Positions 28,089 to 42,880 are shown, numbered from the stretch's first letter. The stretch: 64,000 nucleotides of DNA from Eledone cirrhosa (GCA_964016885.1 OZ024745.1:23436001-23500000), one strand, 5' to 3'. Translations and numbers: made by a program. The notes: generated by a model not told the origin, from the sequence alone.

Positions 28089-28663
28089 CTGTTGCCAGAA
28101 TTTGGAGCACGTCTCTGGTCTGAGGATAACTCATGAATTTTCGAGGTTTCCTTTTCCCCCGACCAATTTTGGAGGACCTGCAAAATGGTCCTGGAAGCAG
28201 CTCTTCATTCTATGAAAAAGTCCTAAAATATCCGAGCTTGGACTAAACAACAACAGCAAGAACAACAACAAACGAACGAAGGTTCATATACACACAAAAT
28301 CTGTCAAAATTTGAAAAAGAAATATTATCGCTGATTCAGGAAGAAGGTCAATGCTGGTCACAACGTTCCCGACCGACAACATTAGACGAAGGAATGCATG
28401 AAGTTATCTTAACACTTAAGACATGGTCTGAAAGTTTGAAAATAGAGTGGACACCATTAAAAGCAAACATGGACCGCCATTTTTGTTTTATATTTTAGAC
28501 GCTAGATATGATTTCGAGATATATTGTCACATTTCCAATAAGATCTTATGTAAGTTCTTTGCCATTGCATAACATGTTACTGATATGGCAATACCACAAA
28601 CATCACTACCATTATATACACACATATACACGCACCAACGATCCCCCCCCCCCCAGGCACACA

Positions 28664-28747
<84 letters not shown>

Positions 28748-29175
28748 CACCCTCTCTCACACACACACAAGAAGAGAAAAATCTATAAATTGACAAACAA
28801 TAACTTCTAGAAAGCAAACAATACAACGATACATACATATTTTGTTTCATATGGAAAGCCATATATGTTTTATGGGAAACACATCCATATTACTCATAAT
28901 ACAAAGAATGAGGAGATAACAACAACAACAATAACATATAACAATCGTGAATCCATGGAACGGGAGATATATTTGAGGATTAATAGCAGCATGGTGTACA
29001 GCGGGATTCAAAGACTAAAGGATTGTATTTTGAAAACTGCAGCTGTATGCTCTAAGACACACAGCTGCAGCCGAAATATCGCTGCACCGAACATTTTATC
29101 ATATCTAATAATAATAATGATATTAATCATAATAATAATAACACCAATAATAATAATAATGAGAAGAAGGAGGAG

Positions 29176-29271
29176 AGAAGAAGAAGAAGAAGAAGAAGAA
29201 GAAGAAGAAGAAGAAGAAGAAGAAGAAGAAGAAGAAGAAGAAGAAGAAGAAGAAGAAGAAGAAGAAGAAGA
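29176..29271. repeat. (GAA)n microsatellite
   Basis: Direct inspection. Confidence 0.98.
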
Positions 29272-29695
29272 AATGAATAATTTTTTGTGTGGATATGTGT
29301 TCACTTTTATATACTTAAGACTGTGTATGCACACACACATATATATACATGCATGCATATATGCATGTAAACACACACACACATATATATATATATATGC
29401 TTTATGTGTATGTATGCATGTATATATATATATACATGCATCCATACATACACACATATATGAGGGCATATGCATCTTATATATGTACCTATGTAGTTTT
29501 CTAAATGTGTTTATGTTTTCATATAAATATGTAGAGTTTTCACACATTTCTTTTGTGAAACCTAACAAGTTAAGGGAATCCCCTTTTTACAAATAAAAAA
29601 AAAAAAATATTACTATTATTATTCCTTGGGTAGTTCCACATTTTAGTACCACTTCCTCTTTTTCACCTTCCTTTTTTCTTTTCTCTCTTTACCCC

Positions 29696-29786
<91 letters not shown>

Positions 29787-30041
29787 GTCTATCTACGCAC
29801 ACATATATATGTGTGTGTGTGTATATATTTATGTAATGTACCTATTTTCTCTGTTTCTTATACCCTACCAGCTGTAAACCCCTCACTGTTTTCTATTTCG
29901 TCTTTTGCAAGCTCCCTCATTCATTATCCTTGTAGTGAATAAAGAACCCGATATTGGTATTATCATCTTATTCCTTGTTTCAGAAATACACCAATGGCTT
30001 CCATTCTTACATCAAAAAGAATTAGGAACATCATGGAATTA

Positions 30042-30941
30042 TCTATATATATAAAACTGAGAATGTCTATGTGTGTGTCTGTGTGTGTGAGTTTGAATCC
30101 CTAAAACTCGAGAAGCACCAAACCGACTGTTTTTAAACTTTACACATATAATACTTATGTTTCAGGGAGTGTTCTAAGCAAAAAGATTTGTCAAATTTTC
30201 AATTCCCTAGGGACCGCATTAGGCGATTTAGCGATCTCTCTCTATAATTCTTAGTCTTTCTCTTTTTAGATAGATACATGCATATAACGTCGCGCCCTTA
30301 TACTATCTGTCTGTATGTCTGGCTGCCTGCATTACGTCACTTCCCTGAAGATGTCTGTCTGTGTCTGTGAGTTTGAATCCCTAAAACTCGAGAAGTACCC
30401 AACCAACTTTTTTCAAACTTTACATGTGTTTCAGGAAGTGTTATGCACATAAAAAATTCAACTTTTTGATCCCCCAGGGCCCGCATTAGGTGAAAAACTG
30501 CGTTTTTCAGGTTTTTAGGGGTTTTTTGAGGCGTTACGTCAGACCGATTTCCTTGAAATTGTAACTATGTATTAATCAGTCTCTTCTTCATACCGTGGTC
30601 AAAGAAAATCCAACTTTTTTATGGCCTAGGGCCCGCATTAGGTGAACAACTTCATTTTTTCAACTTTTTAGGGCTTTTTTGAGGCGTTACGTCTAGCTAA
30701 TTTTCCCGAAATTTCAAAGCATATTATGCACATAAAAAAATTCATTTTCTTGATCCCTTAGGTGAAAACCTGCATTTTTCCTGCTTCATCGAGGAAAATC
30801 TTTAAAATTATCCAGCCATCAGAGTATTCGGTTTATTTTCTTTACATATTGTCCAGGCATGCAGTTTTTTCACGATTAGGTCTGTTGACGGCCCGCGTTC
30901 CAAAATACCTTATCCCGTGCAACGCCGAGTACCACTGCTAG
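30042..30941 (+). mobile_element. Non-autonomous Helitron with internal direct repeats
   Basis: 5' A|TCTATATATATAAAA; 3' CCCGTGCAACGCCGAGTACCACTGCTAG|T resembles the 23342 terminus; GAGTTTGAATCCCTAAAACTCGAGAAG and GCATTAGG blocks recur internally. Confidence 0.85.
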
Positions 30942-31351
30942 TATACAATAATATTGATGGTTAGCGTCAACCCGGCCAATTGTTAAGATTGTTAGAGCTT
31001 ATAATATAATACGTTGCAGTATTTGTGCTCCTTGTTCATGTCTCAGCCAAGTCAGTTTTGCATATAAGCCAACCACCTAGAAATATCAGCCATATTCTCT
31101 GAAATCATGTCATATTTTGAGCAAGATTTGACTCATTGCCTATATCTTATATAAAAGCAGGTGTGATGATCTCAGCTGAAATGACATTGATAAATTTTGG
31201 CTCCAGCAGAACTGGCCTATGACTAAGCAACAACAATTTAAGAATCACCGAAGAAGTGAAGGTGCCTGCATGCGATCAGTCAAGATGCTAAAAATTACAG
31301 TCAAATATTTGTCAAATCTTACAGTCAGATAACACTCTGTTCAGGAGAGTT

Positions 31352-31567
31352 TCGATGTGAAGAATCTGTTCTAGTGGATTGTCCAGTTTTAGAAAGAAAA
31401 AGCTCGATGTGAAGGGTTTGTCTGTTCTAGTGGATTGTCCAGTTTTAGTAGGACAAACCTAGGTGTGAAGGGTCTGTCCTGTTGGCTTGTCTGGTTTTAG
31501 AAATTAAAACCTAGGTGTGAAGGGACTGTCTCTTCCGGTGGCTTGTCCGGTTTCAGTAGGAAAAACA
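31352..31567. repeat. Degenerate 52-56-bp tandem repeat, 4 units
   Basis: TGTGAAG...TTGTC..GTTT.AG recurs. Confidence 0.75.
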
Positions 31568-32348
31568 ATAAATGTTAAAACCTTCATCATGTCCTGAATT
31601 ATAAAATTTACTTTGTTTGTCTGCATCAAAATTGTAGCGCAGAAGTTCTTATACTTTTAAAAATCTGCCTAGAACATTTTTGTGAACTTTATTCTCATTT
31701 TAAACGAAATCTAAAAAAAAAAAACAACGAAAAAAACCCATCTGTTTTATCAAGAATATATTTTCAATACTTTTTAAAATAGTCACATAATATAAACCCC
31801 TGTTAAGTTTTTGATTTTCTAATATTGAATGTTTTTGAGATAATTTAAGAAACCCTCAATTAGCTGACGACTGAAATGTCTAATGAGTAAAAATAATTAA
31901 AGAGATAATTGTTAATTAATTTGAATTAACAGAAGGCAGGTTATATGATTTTAGTTTATTTAAGTTATCTTAAAGATTAAATTTACAATTTTTCGCGTTT
32001 TTTAGCATAAAAATTCATCAAAGGAATTCACCAGATTTCTATTTGAATGTCAGCAAATAATTGTCTATCATATAATATATAGACATCTTTTTATTTTCAT
32101 TTAAAATTCATAATACACATTCTTACATTTAAATGCAGCGTCGACAGCAAATTTCATAGGCTGACCAAGATCTCCTCAAATATTTCTGTACCCAATCTCA
32201 GGTCTTTTTACTGGGTACATATGCCCTTTTCGAAAGGGGCATTTTCTTTTGAATAAACTGGCCTAATGAATAGATAAGGTAAATAAAGTAAAGAGCCCCT
32301 ATGGTAACGAATGGCCATGGCATTTGGTTTAGTATAGGTTTGTGTGTG

Positions 32349-32402
<54 letters not shown>

Positions 32403-32524
32403 TCTGTGTGTGTGTATGAGTGTGCATGTATTTGTATTTGTGTAAAGGAGTTATGTTATGAAAGGAGTTATGTTACAAGTAGCAGTAAATGTAAAATTTC
32501 AAACTGTCTTGCTTTGAAATAAAA

Positions 32525-33910
32525 CATAGTAAGCCTAACTTTACCTAAAAAAACAAATAAAGACGATATAGTAACCCTAACTTTACCTAAAAAACAAATA
32601 AAGACGATATAGTAAGCCTAACTTTACCTAAAAAACAAATAAGACGATATAGTAAGCCTAACTTTACCTAAAAAACAAATAAAGACGATATAGTAACCCT
32701 AACTTTATCTAAAAAACAAATAAAGACGATATAGTAAGCCTAATTTTATCTAAAAAACAAATAAAGACGATATAGTAAGCCTAACTTTATCTAAAAAACA
32801 AATAAAGACGATATAGTAAGCCTAACCTTACCTAAAAAACAAATAAAGACGATATAGTAACCCTAACTTTATCTAAAAAACAAATAAAGACGATATAGTA
32901 ACCCTAACTTTATCTAAAAAACAAATAAAGACGATATAGTAACCCTAACTTTATCTAAAAAACAAATAAAGACGATATAGTAAGCCTAACTTTATCTAAA
33001 AAACAAATAAAGACGATATAGTAACCCTAACTTTATCTAAAAAAACAAATAAAGACGATATAGTAACCCTAACTTTATCTAAAAAACAAATAAAGACGAT
33101 ATAGTAAGCCTAACTTTATCTAAAAAACAGATAAAGACGATATAGTAAGCCTAACTTTATCTAAAAAACAAATAAAGACGATATAGTAAGCCTAACTTTA
33201 TCTAAAAAACAAATAAAGACGATATAGTAACCCTAACTTTATCTAAAAAACAAATAAAGACGATATAGTAAGCCTAACTTTATCTAAAAAACAAATAAAG
33301 ACGATATAGTAAGCCTAACTTTACCTAAAAAACAAATAAAGGCTGTATAGTAAGCCTAACCTTACCTAAAAAAGAAATACTGACGATATAGTAACCCTAA
33401 CTTTACCTAAAAAAACAAATAAAGACGATATAGTAAGCCTAACTTTATCTAAAAAACAAATAAAGACAATATAGTAACCCTAACTTTATCTAAAAAACAA
33501 ATAAAGACGATATAGTAAGCCTAATTTTATCTAAAAAAACAAATAAAGACGATATAGTAACCCTAACTTTATCTAAAAAACAAATAAAGACGATATAGTA
33601 AGCCTAATTTTATCTAAAAAAACAAATAAAGACGATATAGTAACCCTAACTTTATCTAAAAAACAAATAAAGACGATATAGTAAGCCTAATTTTATCTAA
33701 AAAACAAATAAAGACGATATAGTAAGCCTAACTTTACCTAAAAAACAAATAAAGATGATATAGTAAGCCTAACTTTACCTAAAAAAACAAATAAAGACGA
33801 TATAGTAAGCCTAACTTTACCTAAAAAACAAATAAAGATGATATAGTAACCCTAACTTTATCTAAAAAACAAATAAAGACGATATAGTAAGCCTAACTTT
33901 ACCTAAAAAA
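32525..33910. repeat. 41-bp minisatellite, about 34 copies
   Basis: AAGACGATATAGTAA(G/C)CCTAACTTTA(T/C)CTAAAAAACAAATA. Confidence 0.98.
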
Positions 33911-34186
33911 GAAATAATTACAGTATGGTGAGAAGTGGAACACTTGTGATTATATCTCTGATCGATGAATGCTGACATATATTTATTGGTTTTCTCTATG
34001 TTTAAGGCTTTATGACCATGGTTTACGCGGCCATTTTGAACTGGTGTCTGCGGTGTAAACAAGAAAAGTATTCTACATATAAACCCACATTCACAGCAGT
34101 ATTATTGATTTTTAAAAGAAAGTTTCATATAAAAACAATATATTGCGGATGGTGTAGCCAATTTAATCAATCCCCTTTATAAAGGG

Positions 34187-34256
<70 letters not shown>

Positions 34257-34559
34257 TTTTCTCTCTCTCTCTCTCTCTGTCACACACACACACACACAAA
34301 TACATATATATATATATCTTAAAGGGTAAAACACACACGCATACACATATATGTATACACACACACATGAATATTTATATATAAGTTTATGTGTTCATGT
34401 ATCTCCTCTCTCTCTCTCTCTCTCCCTCTCTCCCTCTCCCTCTTTCTCTCTTTTTCTCTGTATATATATATATATATAAACATAATAGCTGACTGAATAT
34501 GCACGTGTATTTTTTCTCAATTTCTTTTCCGTTCCTTCCTTTTCCCAATCTCTATCTTT

Positions 34560-34826
<267 letters not shown>

Positions 34827-34920
34827 ACATATGTATGTATATCTCCACTTCCTCCAAGTATAAACATAATATAACTGTAACGTTGCTTCCCTCGTCTTGT
34901 TTTGTTTATTAACTACATGT

Positions 34921-34984
<64 letters not shown>

Positions 34985-34988
<4 letters not shown>

Positions 34989-35340
34989 AGTGCTTTATAT
35001 CAGTTATAAAAATATTTGCTTGTTGTATCCCAACAATTTAAATAGAACTTCTACATATATATATATATACATATATATATAGACATATATATACATGTAG
35101 TTATATATATAAGAAAATTAGAGTGCTGCGTGGTTGCACATGGGTTACATATGAATAAAATTAGTCCTTCATCAGTGATCTTCCAACCTTCATTGGTATT
35201 TCATCGCTTTAAAAATCATATACCTCTAGTTGGTGCGAGCAATAACTAAATAAAGTTATTGGGACAAGTAACATAGGGTGAAACGAGCGAGATATGTAAA
35301 CAAACAAAGATGGTATTGCAACGGAAAGATAGGAAGAGAC
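34985..35340 (-). mobile_element. Dispersed element with an internal (TA)n tract, homologous to 57661-58030
   Basis: Reverse complement shares GAGGTATATGATTTTTAA, TCACTGATGA.GGACT and TATTTAAATTGTTGGG...ATAACTGATATAAA in the same order. Confidence 0.7.
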
Positions 35341-35346
35341 AAGTGT

Positions 35347-35389
<43 letters not shown>

Positions 35390-35409
35390 TGTGTGTATGT
35401 GTGTGTGTC

Positions 35410-35557
<148 letters not shown>

Positions 35558-35721
35558 TGTGTATCCACATTGATCAATGCAAACTGTAAAATTGAATATC
35601 AACATGAAGTCTTGAAAATATGTGAAAAAGAAAGAAAGAAACAAGACAAAAACAAAAATAAATTGTAAAGGAAATAGATAAATATAAAAAATAAAATATA
35701 AGTGTAGAAATTAGAAATATC

Positions 35722-36017
35722 ATCAGCAGCAACAACAACAATAATATTAGCAATGATAACAATAGTAACAACAACAGCAACAACAATAGCAACAACAACA
35801 GAAACAACTGCAACAACAGCAACAACAATAGCAACAACAACAGAAACAACTGCAACAACAGCAACAATAACAGCAACAATAGCAACATCAACAGCAACAA
35901 TAGCAACAATAACAACAGCAGCAACAGCAGCAACAGCAGCAACAGCACCAACAACAACACAATAATAATAGCAACAACAATAGCAACTATAGCAACAACG
36001 ATAAAAAATAAATAAAT

Positions 36018-36048
<31 letters not shown>

Positions 36049-36351
36049 TTAGCAACAAATTTCAACAACAGTAACAGCAATAACAGCAACAATAGCAACA
36101 ACAACATCAATAACGATATCAACAACAGCAACAGCAACAACAACAACAACATTAGTAACAATAACAACAATAGCAACAACAACAATAACAACAACAACAA
36201 CAATAGCAATAACAACAATAGCAGCAACAACAACAACAACAACATTAGTAACAATAACAACAACAACAACAATAGCAATAACAACAACAACAACATTAGT
36301 AACAATAACAACAATAGCAATAACAACAACAACAACAACAACAACTTCAGT

Positions 36352-36406
<55 letters not shown>

Positions 36407-36920
36407 GCAATAACAACAATAGCAACAGCAACAACAACAACAACAATAGCAATATCAACAATAGCAACAACCACAAGAACAACAACATTAGTAACAATAA
36501 CAACAATAGCAACAACAACAAAAGCAACAACAACAACATCAGTAACAATAACAACAATAGCAATAACAACAATAGCAACAACAACTATAACATTAGTAAC
36601 AATAACAACAATAGCAACAACAACAACAACAACAACAATAGCAATAGCAACAATAGCAACAACAAGAACAACAATAGCAATGACAACAATAGCAACAACA
36701 ACAACCATAACACCAGTAACAATAACAACAATAGCAACAACAAAAACAACAACAACAACAATAGCAATAACAACAATAGCAACAAAAAGAACAACAATGT
36801 CAACAACATTATGAATAATAGCAGCAACATCAACAACAACATCAACAAAAACATCAACAACAACAACTATAACCACAACAGCAACAACAACATCAACAAC
36901 AATAACAACAACAGCAATAA
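35722..36920. repeat. Degenerate (CAA)n/(CAG)n/(AAT)n tract
   Basis: Direct inspection. Confidence 0.95.
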
Positions 36921-37217
36921 TATATAGAAACAAGAAAAAATATGAGCCAAGAAACTTGTCGAAGCATAAAACTATTTTAATTGAGATCGGTGATGGAGAA
37001 AGTAACTGAACAATTATTGATTTTTAGTCTACTTATTTGTTTATTTTAGTTAGACACAAGGGGCTCCCAGTCACAGGGATCTAGAGACATGGGATGTTGA
37101 GGCGTTCATTCATTTCTCTAGTATTACTCTTGTATGTAATGTTCTACCATGTGAATTTGCTTTGGTATTTGGAAGTCGAAATAGTTTCTACCACTGTGCT
37201 GCTGCAGCTGCTGCTCT

Positions 37218-37218
37218 C

Positions 37219-37286
<68 letters not shown>

Positions 37287-37303
37287 GCTACTACTACTAC
37301 TAC
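37218..37303. repeat. (CTA)n microsatellite
   Basis: Direct inspection. Confidence 0.97.
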
Positions 37304-37397
37304 CCTGTAAAAGATCGCGGCTTAATATTGACTTAAAACTGAGACACAAGACCAAATATTTCAGAATGGTTAGAGTTGATTGCGTCAGCCCAATAAA

Positions 37398-39756
37398 GAA
37401 TTTGTAGATATCCTAACGACCCTAGAATTGGTGATAACCTAACGACTCTAGAATTGGTAGATATTCTAACGACCCTAGAATTGGTAGATATTCCAAAGAC
37501 TCTAGAATTGGTAGATATTCTAACGACCCTAGAATTGGTAGATATCCTAACGACTACAGAATGGGTAGTAATTCTAACGACTCCAGAATTGGTTGATATT
37601 CTAACGACCCTATAATTGGTAGATATCCTAACAACCCTAGAATTGATAGATATTCTAACGATCGCAGATTTGATAGATATTATAACGACCGTAGATTTGG
37701 TAGATTAATCTAACGACCGTAGAATTGGTAGATATTCTAACAACGCTAGAATTGGTAAATATCCTAACGACTCCAGAATGGGTAGATATTCTAAGGACCG
37801 TAGAATTGATAGATATTCTAACGAGCGTAGAATTGGTAGATATTCAAACAACCGTAGAATTGGTAGATATTCTAACGCCCCTAGAATTGGTAGATATTCT
37901 AACGACCGTAGAATTGGTAGATATTCTAACGCCCCTAGAATTGGTAGATATGCTAACAACCCTCGAATTGGTAGATATTCTAAAGACCGTAGACTTGGTA
38001 GCTATTCTAACGACCGTAGATTTGGTAGATTACTCTAACGACACTAGAATTGGTAGATATTCTAACAAGGCTAGATTTTTTAGATATTCTAACAACGCTA
38101 GAATTGGTAGATATTCTAACGACCCTAGAATTGGTAGATATTCTAACAACCGTAGAATTGGTAGATATTCTAACGACCTTAGAATTGGTAGATATCATAA
38201 CGACCCTAGAATTGGTAGATATTCTAACGACCCTAGAATTGGTAGATATTCTAACGACCTTAGAATTGGTAGATATTCTAACGACCCTAGAATTGGTAGA
38301 TATACTAAGTACCGTAGAATTGGTAGATATTCTAACAACCGTAGAATTGGTAGATATTCTAACGACCCTAGAATTGATAGATATTCTAACGACCCTAGAA
38401 TTGGTAGATATTCTAACGACCCTAGAATTAGTAGATATTCTAACAACCGTAGAATTGGTAGATATTCTAACGACCTTAGAATTGGTAGATATTCTAACGA
38501 CCCTAGAATTAGTAAATATTCTAACGACTGTAGAATTGGTAGATATTCTAACGACCCTAGAATTGGTAGATATTCTAACGACCCTAGAATTGGTAGATAT
38601 TCTAACGACCCTAGAATTAGTAGATATTCTAACAACCGTAGAATTGGTAGATATTCTAACGACCTTAGAATTGGTAGATATTCTAACGACCCTAGAATTA
38701 GTAAATATTCTAACGACTGTAGAATTGGTAGATATTCTAACGACCCTAGAATTGATAGATATTCTAACGACCGTATAATTGGTAGATATTCTAACGACCC
38801 TAGAATTGGTAAATATACTAACTACCGTAGAGTTGGTAGATATACTAACGACCGTAGACTTGGTAGATATTCTAACGACCCTAGAATTGGTAGATATTCT
38901 AACGACTGTAGAATTGGTAGAAATTCTAACGACCGTAGACTTGGTAGATATTCTCACAACCCTAGAATTGGTAGATATTCTAACGATCGTAGAATTGGTA
39001 GATATTCTAACAACGCTATATTTTTTAGATATTCTAACAACGCTAGAATTGATAGATATCCTAATGACCCTAGAATTGGTAGATATTCTAACGACCGTAG
39101 AATTGGTAGATATTCTAACAACGCTAGAATTGGTAGATATCATAACGACTCCAGAATTGGTAGATATTCCAACGATCGTAGATTTTATAGATATTCTAAC
39201 GACCGTAGAATTGGTAGATATTCTAACGACCCTAGAATTGGTAGATATTCTAACGACCGTAGAATTGGTAGATATTCTAACGACCTTAGAATTTGTAGAT
39301 ATTCTAACGACCCTAGAATTGGTAGATATACTAAGTACCGTAGAATTGCTAGATATTCTAACAACCCTAGAATTGGTAGACATTTTAACGACCTTAGAAC
39401 TGGTAGATATTCTAACAACTCTACAATTGGTAGATATTATAACGACCCTAGAATTGGTAGATATTCTAATGACCCTAGAATTGGTAGATATTCTAACAAC
39501 CCTAGAATTGGTAGATGTTCTAACGACCGTAGATTTGGTAGATTAATCTAACGACCCTAGAATTGGTAGATATTCTAACAACGCTATATTTTTTAGATAT
39601 TCTAACGACCCTAGAATTGGTAGATATTCTCACAATCCTAGAATTGATAGATATCCTAATGACCCTAGAATTGGTAGATATTCTAACGACCCTAGAGTTG
39701 GTAGATATCCTAACGACCCTAGAATTGGTAGATATCCTAACGACTGTAGAATTAGA
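37398..39756. repeat. 27-bp minisatellite, about 87 copies
   Basis: Consensus TTCTAACGACCCTAGAATTGGTAGATA. Confidence 0.98.
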
Positions 39757-39769
39757 AATTATTAAGAAC

Positions 39770-39910
39770 GGTGGATCATCTGTGTCGGTAGAGTGTCGGA
39801 CAACATACTTTGTAGCATATAGTTGCGGCTCGGTTCTGAGTTTAAATCCCGTCGATGTTAACTTTGCCTTACATCCTTACAGGGTCAATAAAACAAAGTA
39901 CCAATAACAC
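39770..39910 (+). mobile_element. Degenerate family-A SINE
   Basis: TCGGTAGAGTGTCGGACAACATACTTTGTAGC...CTGAGTTTAAATCCCGTCGATGTTAACTTTGCCTTACATCCTTACAGGGTCAATAAAACAAAGTACC. Confidence 0.8.
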
Positions 39911-39929
39911 CCTGTTGGTTAACTATATA

Positions 39930-40356
39930 CCGCAAAGAATGTTGTTCGACGCTCTACCTATACTGTCAACTCATAATAATAATAATTGTTTCTACTTTAG
40001 GCACAATGCCAGTACATTACTGGTACTTTATTTTGTTGACCTCATAAGGGTGGAAGGTAAAGCTAACAATGGTGGGATTTGAATTCAGAACGTAAAGGGC
40101 CATAACTCTGTGCCACAAAACATGTTATCCGACGCTCTATCGACACTGTCAATCTATCGTAATAATAATTGTTTCTACTTTTGGCACAAGGCCAGCAATT
40201 ACCCCAGTGCATTACTGGTACTTTATTTTATCGACTCCGTAAGGATGAAAGGCAAAGTTGACCTCGGCAGAAATTGAACTCAGACTGGAAAGGGCCGTAA
40301 CTCTATGTTGCAAAGCATGGCGTCCGACCTTCTAGCGTTACTGCCAATTCACCGCC
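39930..40356 (-). mobile_element. Tandem family-A SINEs: two full copies and one partial head
   Basis: AATTGTTTCTACTTT.GGCACAA...CTGGTACTTTATTTT...GAACTCAGA...CCGAC blocks at 39975-40158 and 40160-40356. Confidence 0.85.
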
Positions 40357-40649
40357 ATAATAATAATATCAACTACCGTAACAACAACAACAACAACAAC
40401 AACAACAACTATGATGATGACCATAATACTTACATTGGTCAATTGCTATAAATTACTAGGAATTGTATCGATCACAATATGTAACTGTGACTTATTTTAT
40501 TGATTTCGGGATCAATTAAAAGAAATGCTGAACTTAAATGTCATAAGTAAAGAACACAAGATATTCCACCCAGTGATCTACCGAGCCTACCATTCACCAT
40601 TCATACCATTGTTGCTTCTTCTATCATTTCCCCTCTCCTACCATCCCTC

Positions 40650-42562
40650 CTCTAACCATTTCACCCTCCTACCATTTCACCATCATACCATTGCCCCTCA
40701 TACCATTTCACCCTCCTACCATTTCACCATCATACCATTGCCCCTCATACCATTTCACCCTCCTACCATTTCACCCTCATACCATTGCCCCTCATACCAT
40801 TTCACCCTCATACCATTGTCCCTCATACCATTACACCCTCATACCATTACACCCTCATACCATTTCACCCTCATACCATTGCCCCTCATACCATTACACC
40901 CTCCTACCATTTCACCCTCATACCATTGCCCCTCATACCATTTCACCCTCATACCATTACACCCTCATACCATTACACCCTCATACCATTTCACCCTCAT
41001 ACCATGCCCCTCATACCATTGCCCCTCATACCATTGCCCCTCATACCATTACACCCTCATACCATTACACCCTCATACCATTTCACCCTCATACCATGCC
41101 CCTCATACCATTGCCCCTCATACCATTGCCCCTCATACCATTACACCCTCATACCATTGCCCCTCATACCATTGCCCCTCATACCATTGCCCCTCATACC
41201 ATTTCACCCTCATACCATTTCACCCTCATACCATTACACCCTCATACCATTTCACCCTCATACCATGCCCCTCATACCATTGCCCCTCATACCATTGCCC
41301 CTCATACCATTTCACCCTCATACCATGCCCCTCATACCATTGCCCCTCATACCATTGCCCCTCATACCATTGCCCCTCATACCATTACACCCTCATACCA
41401 TTACACCCTCATACCATTTCACCCTCATACCATGCCCCTCATACCATTGCCCCTCATACCATTGCCCCTCATACCATTACACCCTCATACCATTTCACCA
41501 TCATACCATTGCCCCTCATACCATTACACCCTCATACCATTGCCCCTCATACCATTGCCCCTCATACCATTACACCCTCATACCATTACACCCTCATACC
41601 ATTTCACCCTCATACCATTTCACCCTCATACCATTACACCCTCATACCATTGCCCCTCATACCATTACACCCTCATACCATTACACCCTCATACCATTTC
41701 ACCCTCATACCATTGCCCCTCATACCATTGCCCCTCATACCATTACACCCTCATACCATTACACCCTCATACCATTTCACCCTCATACCATGCCCCTCAT
41801 ACCATTGCCCCTCATACCATTGCCCCTCATACCATTACACCCTCATACCATTACACCCTCATACCATTTCACCCTCATACCATGCCCCTCATACCATTGC
41901 CCCTCATACCATTGCCCCTCATACCATTACACCCTCATACCATTGCCCCTCATACCATTGCCCCTCATACCATTGCCCCTCATACCATTTCACCCTCATA
42001 CCATTGCCCCTCATACCATTTCACCCTCATACCATTGCCCCTCATACCATTTCACCCTCATACCATTGCCCCTCATACCATTGCCCCTCATACCATTTCA
42101 CCCTCATACCATTGCCCCTCATACCATTACACCCTCATACCATTTCACCCTCATACCATGCCCCTCATACCATTGCCCCTCATACCATTTCACCCTCATA
42201 CCATGCCCCTCATACCATTGCCCCTCATACCATTTCACCCTCATACCATTGCCCCTCATACCATTTCACCCTCATACCATGCCCCTCATACCATTGCCCC
42301 TCATACCATTTCACCCTCATACCATGCCCCTCATACCATTGCCCCTCATACTATTTCACCCTCATACCATTTCACCCTCATACCATGCCCCTCATACCAT
42401 GCCCCTCATACCATTGCCCCTCATACCATTGCCCCTCATACCATTGCCCCTCATACTATTTCACCCTCATACCATTTCACCCTCATACCATTTCACTCTC
42501 ATACCATTGCCCCCTCATACCATTTCACTCTCATACCATTGCCCCCTCATACCATTTCACCC
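40650..42562. repeat. 14-16-bp C-rich minisatellite
   Basis: Units CTCATACCATTGCCC, CTCATACCATTTCACC, CTCATACCATTACACC, CTCATACCATGCCC. Confidence 0.97.
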
Positions 42563-42880
42563 TCCTCCTCCTCCTCCTACCACCTCCCCTACCACCCCAA
42601 CGACCTCCCTTACCATCCCCCTCACCATACCATTCCACCTCCTACCATTGCCCCTCCTACTACCTCCCTACCTTCCCTACCACCCTCCCTACCACCCCTC
42701 CCTACCACCCCTCTCTATCACCCCTCCCTACCACCCCTCCCTACCACCCCTCCCTACCAGCCCTCACTACCACCCCTTCCTACCATCCCTCTCACCATAC
42801 ATTCCACCCATCTTGGGATTATTTTCACCTGTTTCAAAGACACCAACGTTTCCTCTTATTTTGTTTCATCCTTACAGAAA

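Noticed and set aside
28865-29596. 243-aa ORF with poly-E
   Set aside because: Built from (AAT)n, (GAA)n and (CA/TA)n repeats; no domain
32187-32250. Terminator-like hairpin ATGCCCTTTTCGAAAGGGGCAT followed by a T-run
   Set aside because: No bacterial gene context; probably a transposon relic or chance
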